From NCBI GenBank assembly GCA_963669175.1, contig OY769902.1, forward strand, positions 3,200,001 through 3,264,000: a stretch of 64,000 nucleotides of DNA, read 5' to 3'. Position numbers and translations under genes: made by a program. Source of the stretch: a bacterium (lineage in GTDB: Bacteria > Electryoneota > Electryoneia > Electryoneales > Electryoneaceae). The notes under the pieces were generated by a model. The model was not told where the DNA came from. It was given only the letters and a program-made list of their open reading frames with translations, and ran no database searches. Shown piece by piece: positions 57,968 through 64,000 of the stretch; positions within the stretch are counted from its first letter, which is position 1, and every line of letters starts with the position of its first letter.

Positions 57968-59485
57968 CTATTCAAAATCACTGAAAATATATGCTCTGAA
58001 GGCAAACAGGCTGGTTTCCGGATTCATCCAGCAATCGCGTTTCAGGCCAGCCTTGAGGCATGTATTTTCGAGAAATGTTTCCCTGTCCCATCCACGTTCA
58101 GTAGCAACCTGTGGCAGAAGCAAACCGCGGTTCATACCATTGATCAGGTATAATCCATGAATACCGGGAGTTACATTTTCGGCTTCTATGGATTCCAGTG
58201 GAGTCAGCAGGCTTACTTCAATCGTAATCTGGTTCAGTTCATCCCTGGATATGGGGGGAAAACGTGGATCGCGCATCGCAGCCGCTTGCGCTGCTTCACG
58301 CAATGTGACCAACAGGGGTTTATCAACTTCAATAAATCCAATACATCCACGCAGTTGGCCGGATTTTTTCAAAGTAACAAAACAGCCACATTTCTGGCGT
58401 AAAATCGGATCTTCAGATTTTACCGGCGGCGCCTGCTCGCCCAGAATGGCGTTGCGGATGGATACGCGTGTTACACGTAAAAGCAACTGTTTCTGCGCTT
58501 CGGAAATGGTTTCAAAATCAAACGTAGCGTACTGTGCCGAAGGATCGGGTTTACCAGCAATGTCCCCAGATCCAGTGTCCTCTTCACTCGTTGTTGAATC
58601 TTCTTCCTTTTTCTCCACCGGTTTGATATCTGCTTTCGAAAAGGAAGCGGCCAGATAGCCGACCACACGAGAAAAGTCTCGATATGGTGAATCGGCAGAG
58701 GTTGTCCATTTGATCACCTGCGAATGATTTGCCCCCATCTTCTTCGTGGCAACCATTGTGGTTAAGACCGGACCTGCGCCACAAGCCATTGTTTTGTGTT
58801 CCAGAAGCATCTGGTACAGTTGCTCCGGGTCAAAGTGATCGACTTCCCTGATAAAAACACGGTCGAGATGTTTAGCGTCACGAAAACTGAAATAGTGGCT
58901 GAGGTCAGTTGACGCTACAAGGACAGCGCGCTTGCCTGCGACAGCTTCTGTAATTGCGGTTGCAAGCCTTTCTGCGAATTCAAGCGAATGATTGCCCATC
59001 ACGATAGGAACAATTGGCGTGTCAGGTTGGACGATCTGGAGAAAGGGGATTTGCACTTCGATACTGTGTTCGTCATGCAGTCCATCAAGCGCATGCCCAC
59101 GTGAAGACGCCCTGATATCCTCGTCTCGCGCAGAGATGGCAGACGCAACTTCTGAATCAATACGAACGACCCCCAGAGGAGTGGAATAACTGCCTTCAGT
59201 CAACACCGATGCAAAAGAAATCCCTTCTTTATGCACCGGTCCCAGCACAATAATGACATCGACTTCCACACCATCAAGAGCCTTCCATGCTTTTGCCGCA
59301 GTCGAACCACTGAAAACATAGCCAGCGTGAGGACTGATTATCCCAAGAACTTCACCTTCAATCTCGGTTTTAGCCCGGCGCAGTCGACTCTCTATCCAGG
59401 CACGCAGCTCTTCTGGATCATCAGGGTAGAACTGCCCTGCAAAAGCCGGTTTTCGATCGAGAGCGACACTCATGGTTGTCTCCAA
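57968..59485 (-). CDS. AmmeMemoRadiSam B-A fusion (MEMO1 plus AMMECR1 domains)
   Basis: AGQFYP, SPHAGY, EHSIEVQIPFLQ, STDLSHY, VVGY; acidic linker; FVTL....LRGCIG, DPRF, GLLLPQV, CLKAG. Confidence 0.92.
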   Translation of the reverse strand: METTMSVALDRKPAFAGQFYPDDPEELRAWIESRLRRAKTEIEGEVLGIISPHAGYVFSGSTAAKAWKALDGVEVDVIIVLGPVHKEGISFASVLTEGSYSTPLGVVRIDSEVASAISARDEDIRASSRGHALDGLHDEHSIEVQIPFLQIVQPDTPIVPIVMGNHSLEFAERLATAITEAVAGKRAVLVASTDLSHYFSFRDAKHLDRVFIREVDHFDPEQLYQMLLEHKTMACGAGPVLTTMVATKKMGANHSQVIKWTTSADSPYRDFSRVVGYLAASFSKADIKPVEKKEEDSTTSEEDTGSGDIAGKPDPSAQYATFDFETISEAQKQLLLRVTRVSIRNAILGEQAPPVKSEDPILRQKCGCFVTLKKSGQLRGCIGFIEVDKPLLVTLREAAQAAAMRDPRFPPISRDELNQITIEVSLLTPLESIEAENVTPGIHGLYLINGMNRGLLLPQVATERGWDRETFLENTCLKAGLKRDCWMNPETSLFAFRAYIFSDFE

Positions 59486-59649
59486 AGTTGCATCTACATG
59501 TTCTCTGTATCACTGATCACAAACCTACATTTTAAATTACAATAAATTAAGGCATGAAACGAGAAAAATAAGAAATTCGAAACAAGATATTCAAAAAACT
59601 GAATATAATGCAAACCACTAATCCTTCGGCGAGGTACTCCAGGACAATC

Positions 59650-59780
59650 AGTATGTTGCACCTTTCACCTAAGCGCCATTCAAAATAATACTGTAGAGGC
59701 TAATTGTGAAAATGAATTTAAAAAATAACAAATACATAAAGTGAAACAATGTGGAAGAAAAGAGTATTTTGCACCTTTCA
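59650..59780. repeat. 18-bp direct repeat pair in an AT-rich divergent intergenic region
   Basis: AGTATGTTGCACCTTTCA (59650-59667) and AGTATTTTGCACCTTTCA (59763-59780), one mismatch. Confidence 0.7.
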
Positions 59781-59897
59781 TTCACATAGGAGAAGTCGTA
59801 ACTTATTTTGTTGGTTTGCTATCCTTGTTGGGTAAGGAGTTTACGGTTCCTGCTCTTAAAACCGTACCCCTTATTTTGTTTGCTGAAAGGAAGACAC

Positions 59898-62800
59898 ATG
59901 CGTACTGCTACGGTTTCATTGGCACTTCTCTTGCTAACGAGTACACTCTTCGCGGCAGCCCTGGAACGGTCATACTCTTTTGATCCTGCCCAGGTATCGG
60001 TTGAGAATGGGTATGCCATCATTGAAATGCCGGAATCACCATCGCTTGGTGATGCTGGCGAACCACTGTTGCCGATGAAAGGATACTCACTTCTTTTGCC
60101 GCCAGGGGAAAGCCTGGTCGATGTACAAGTAATATCTGAGCGTTGGTTGCCGATGGCTGGCATCTATGTCCCAAAGCCGGCAAGCCAGATGCAGCGGATA
60201 AGTGAAGCTGTACCGATGATGACGCAACCTGATCCTGCAATCTACGAAGGCGAAAGTGTCTTTCCTGCAGTTACAGTATCTAACATTCGAACTCATTTTC
60301 TTCGTGGACATTCAATAGGCGCTTTTGTCATTCGCCCGGTACGCTGGAATCCAGTAAGCGAAACGCTGGAATACCTTGCTGATGTGACTGTACATGCGAT
60401 TACCCAGCCATCACAAAAGGGGCAGAATGCACTTGAGTTGCTTCGTCGTGACGAGGCAACGCATACGCTGCTTGAAAGCGTGACCAGTGACCTGGAGAGC
60501 GAAACCGCTTATCCGACCATTGAGAATAACCTGGATGAACTGGATGAACCGAATCCTTCCATCCTGATCATCTGTCCGGCAAACCATGAGTTTGTCTGGG
60601 AAGAGTATGCGGATTGGAAGTATAGTCGTGGTCAGGTCGCAACAATCCTGACAACAGAGAATATCTACGCGACCTATGAAGGGCGTGACAACGCTGAAAA
60701 GGTTCGTAACGCGATCATTGATCAGTACCAGACATACCTGATTGAACATGTCATCCTGGGCGGCGATGTTGATTATGTACCGTATCGTGGTTTTTACAAC
60801 CAGGCGTATCAGGGTGGGGAAGTTGATGATAATATCCCGGCCGATCTTTATTTTGCAGGTCTTGACGGCACCTGGAACGAGAACAACAATTCTCGTTGGG
60901 GTGAAAATGCCAGTGAAGACGATCTGTTACAGGAAGTGACAGTAGGACGTTGTCCGGCCAATTCCATCAATGATGTGATGACCTGGACGGCAAAAATGAT
61001 AAGCTACCAGGACGAACCGGTTACTGGTGAAGTCCTGGAAGCGTTGATGGTTGGTGAGGATCTTGGTTGGGAAGCCTGGGGCGGTGATTATAAGGATCAG
61101 GTCGGACAGGGATCAACGGCAAACGGGTATACAACTACCGGTTTCCCGGATCAGTTCAATGTTGAAACACTGTATGACCGTGATTCCGAATGGTCGGTTC
61201 CGCAGTTGTTCAGCCAACTGAACAGCGGCGTTCACTACGTAAACCACCTTGGGCATGCGAATGTGACTTATGCACTCAAGGCTTCAAACTCCAATATCAA
61301 CAACAACGAATTGACCAACGACGGTGAGACGCATTCTTATTACCTGCTTTATACACAGGGGTGTTATTGCGGGGCTTTTGAACAGGCCTGCATTACGGAA
61401 AAGTGGAATGCTATTGATCATGGCGCTTTTGCGGTGATATCCAACAGCCGTTACGGCTGGGGTGATGGTGGCGGAACAAATGGCGCATCGCAAAGGTTCG
61501 ATCGTCAGTTCTTCGATGCAATTTTTGGTGAAGACAAATACATTGTTGGTGATGTCAACCGTGACAGCAAACACGACAATATCAGCTATATTGATATTTC
61601 CTGCATGCGTTGGTGTTATTACGAGATTAACCTCTTTGGTGATCCCTCGATTGAGCTGTATACCGACGAAGTAAGTGAACTGGAAGTTGAGCTTCCGGAT
61701 GTTTATGTAATTGGCAGCCCATATCTGGAAATTGCTACCAGTCAGCCCTGGGCGAGAGTGACCATCTTTATTGGTGATGAGATTGTCTTTTCCGGGATGA
61801 CAGATGGTATCGGCAATGCCAACATCCCGTTGGAGCTTGTTCAGGCTGAAGCGCTTGGCATCAGCATTATTGCCAAGAATCATCTTCCCTGGTACGGTTC
61901 TGTCCCGGTTATCGCCTCTGAAGGTCCGTACCCGCTGGTCACTGAAGTCAGCATTGCTGATGAAGCCGGGAACGACGATGGTGTTGCAGACTTTGGCGAA
62001 AACATCACGATGGAAGTTGAGCTTACCAATATGGGCCAGGACGTTCTGAATAGCGCGAATGTCTATTTCTCGACGAATTCAGAACATCTTCTTCTTTCGG
62101 AAACCCAGATTGTTGTGGATGGTTTACAGCCCAACCAGACAGTCACCGTTGAGCAACCAGCCTATGTGGATGTGAATGTGGAAGACGGTACGGACGTGCT
62201 GGTTTATGCTACGGTTGAAGCGGAAGATGAGACATGGGAACGTGAGTTCTCCCTGACACTTCATGCGCCCCGTTTAAGCATGGCTGTCCGCAGGGTTGAC
62301 GATATGGACACAGGCAACGGCAACTGTCGGATTGATGCGGGTGAAACGGCAACGGTTGTCATGGAATTCCGTAATGACGGAAGCGCTTCACTTGAAAATG
62401 TTACGCTGGTAGCTGCAAGTGATAATCCATATGTCCTGTCTGTTGAATCGGACGAGAACGAATTCGATGTTCTTGCCGATAACGAGACCATTTTTACGCA
62501 AGATTTTATTGTAACCATGTCTGAAGATACACCGGAGTTCTACCGTGCGGTCTTTATGCTTGGAGTACAGCGTGAAGACGGGTACGAAGTGCGGAACTTG
62601 CAGCGCCTTGATATTGGTGGTTTCTATGATTGTGCTGATGGGGCCTTGCAGAACGTATCGCATTATGCCGTAAGCGGTTGGAACGACCAGTGGCATTTGT
62701 CCATGGAGAGAAACGATACGCCTGATGGCAACTTCTCCTGGAAAGCAGGTTCGTCGAATGCAGGAAGCGATTACGGTGATAACCTGAACGCGGTGCTTCA

Positions 62801-63752
62801 ACTTCCGGCGCTTCCACGAGTCAGCGCCATGACGCTGAATTTCACCCACTGGATTGAAGCTGAGATTTCTGCGCAGCATGGCGGTGAGTGCTATGATGGC
62901 GGCCTGGTTGAGATTTCTGCGGATGGCGAGATGTGGATGCAAGTCACCATGCCCGGATACAACTATACTGCGCGTGGGTCCGGCCCGTTTGAAGAAGGAA
63001 CACGCCTGTATAGCGGTAATGTGGAATGGGAACGCCAGACATACAACATTCCTTATGGCGCAAGTGATTCGCTTTACATCCGGTTCCGTTTCGGTTCCGA
63101 TCAGGATGATCAGAACCAGGATGTCTACGAAGGATGGTACCTGGATGACATCAGCGTAACACTGGGTGACGAGCTGGATACACCGCTCGAATTGCAGGCG
63201 CTTGTTGAGTATCCGGGAATCGTACGGTTGACTTGGGCAACACCGGCGCCAGAGGTTGATGAATGTGCAAATCTGGAAGGCTTCATAGTCTACCGTGACC
63301 AGGAAGCGATCAGTGATGTTATTGTTGACGTAGACTTCGGGGATGATGTTCAGACGACGCCGTATGGTTTGTATGTCTACCAGGTCTCGGCATTGTATGA
63401 AACCGGTGAATCGTCACCGACACCGGCAATTGAAGTGAACTGGGACGGTTCATTTGACGATGTGAGCGAAACAGAAGAGACTATTCCTGTCACGTGGGAA
63501 CTGTCGACACCGTATCCGAATCCATTTAACCCGACAACGACAGTGCGTGTTTCCCTGCCGCAAGCTGCCAATGTCCAGCTTACCGTCTTTGATGTTCTGG
63601 GACGTGAAGTGACACGCCTGGTTGATGGTCACCTTGGCATGGGGTATCACAGCTTCACGGTGGATGCGAACAATTGGGCTTCGGGGATGTACTTTGTCAC
63701 GCTGGAAGCGCCCGGCGCTACATTCACCCGGAAGATGGTCCTGGTTCGTTAA
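59898..63752 (+). CDS. C25 (gingipain-like) cysteine peptidase with propeptide, accessory domains and C-terminal sorting domain
   Basis: signal peptide, GEPLLP propeptide, ILGGD..VP, ADLYF, VGR, catalytic HLGH and QGC, NLFGDP, YPNPFNP...RKMVLVR. Confidence 0.9.
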   Translation: MRTATVSLALLLLTSTLFAAALERSYSFDPAQVSVENGYAIIEMPESPSLGDAGEPLLPMKGYSLLLPPGESLVDVQVISERWLPMAGIYVPKPASQMQRISEAVPMMTQPDPAIYEGESVFPAVTVSNIRTHFLRGHSIGAFVIRPVRWNPVSETLEYLADVTVHAITQPSQKGQNALELLRRDEATHTLLESVTSDLESETAYPTIENNLDELDEPNPSILIICPANHEFVWEEYADWKYSRGQVATILTTENIYATYEGRDNAEKVRNAIIDQYQTYLIEHVILGGDVDYVPYRGFYNQAYQGGEVDDNIPADLYFAGLDGTWNENNNSRWGENASEDDLLQEVTVGRCPANSINDVMTWTAKMISYQDEPVTGEVLEALMVGEDLGWEAWGGDYKDQVGQGSTANGYTTTGFPDQFNVETLYDRDSEWSVPQLFSQLNSGVHYVNHLGHANVTYALKASNSNINNNELTNDGETHSYYLLYTQGCYCGAFEQACITEKWNAIDHGAFAVISNSRYGWGDGGGTNGASQRFDRQFFDAIFGEDKYIVGDVNRDSKHDNISYIDISCMRWCYYEINLFGDPSIELYTDEVSELEVELPDVYVIGSPYLEIATSQPWARVTIFIGDEIVFSGMTDGIGNANIPLELVQAEALGISIIAKNHLPWYGSVPVIASEGPYPLVTEVSIADEAGNDDGVADFGENITMEVELTNMGQDVLNSANVYFSTNSEHLLLSETQIVVDGLQPNQTVTVEQPAYVDVNVEDGTDVLVYATVEAEDETWEREFSLTLHAPRLSMAVRRVDDMDTGNGNCRIDAGETATVVMEFRNDGSASLENVTLVAASDNPYVLSVESDENEFDVLADNETIFTQDFIVTMSEDTPEFYRAVFMLGVQREDGYEVRNLQRLDIGGFYDCADGALQNVSHYAVSGWNDQWHLSMERNDTPDGNFSWKAGSSNAGSDYGDNLNAVLQLPALPRVSAMTLNFTHWIEAEISAQHGGECYDGGLVEISADGEMWMQVTMPGYNYTARGSGPFEEGTRLYSGNVEWERQTYNIPYGASDSLYIRFRFGSDQDDQNQDVYEGWYLDDISVTLGDELDTPLELQALVEYPGIVRLTWATPAPEVDECANLEGFIVYRDQEAISDVIVDVDFGDDVQTTPYGLYVYQVSALYETGESSPTPAIEVNWDGSFDDVSETEETIPVTWELSTPYPNPFNPTTTVRVSLPQAANVQLTVFDVLGREVTRLVDGHLGMGYHSFTVDANNWASGMYFVTLEAPGATFTRKMVLVR

Positions 63753-63775
63753 GCTGACATGATTGAAGAGCTTTC

Positions 63776-63808
63776 AAGCCCGGATGCGGAAACGTGTCCG
63801 GGCTTTTT
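63776..63808 (+). terminator. intrinsic terminator
   Basis: AAGCCCGGATGCG-GAAA-CGTGTCCGGGCTT followed by Ts. Confidence 0.85.
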
Positions 63809-64000
63809 CGAAAAATTCGGTACAGCGGAATTTTCGGAAACTCTTCACGCGAAGTCCACCTTCGGTGGACATACAATGGAACCATACCTCAATGACTGAT
63901 TCCCAAGAAACGACTTGATACCCTGTTGAGTGTCGCATCACTATGTGAACCTCTTTACCCACACGAAACAGCGAAGCACCCTCAAAAAAAAAGCCAGATC

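Noticed and set aside
63854-63870. Short palindrome GTCCACCTTCGGTGGAC
   Set aside because: Single copy near the window edge, unlike the 39.5-kb hairpins; too little context to interpret.
1-64000. Selenoprotein genes by UGA readthrough
   Set aside because: The TGA-ending genes I examined look complete and none stops at a catalytic Cys position; short selenoproteins were not searched exhaustively.

Overview
Gene-dense, mostly + strand chromosomal window from a Gram-negative bacterium. The fused lpxC-fabZ gene, the uridyltransferase-only GlmU and a C25 peptidase with a YPNPFNP...KMVLVR sorting tail point to the FCB superphylum or a related candidate lineage (inference). 1-39 kb is a housekeeping and envelope cluster: mnmA end, panB, panC, glmU-like, rsfS, argS, pfkB, mtnA, uppS, TamB-like, bamA, skp, lpxD, lpxC/fabZ, lpxA, rseP, TPR lipoproteins, glycosyltransferases, a class A PBP, a SPOR protein, an orphan DNA methyltransferase and an M1 peptidase. 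39.3-39.65 kb holds a phased GAATC tandem array joined to a 207-bp compound palindrome of six REP-like hairpins. Next come mpl, a zinc-ribbon protein, a structurally atypical tRNA-Sec, phoB/phoR, yjbQ and a TonB-dependent receptor plus lipoprotein pair preceded by 11-bp-period Pho-box-like repeats. Then follow a BcbE/F/G-like glycan modification cassette, a minus-strand FleS/FleR-like system with an HDOD gene and sigma-54-like promoter, a MEMO1-AMMECR1 fusion and a large gingipain-like protease. No CRISPR array, transposase, integrase or rRNA was seen. All calls come from reading motifs by eye; no searches were run.
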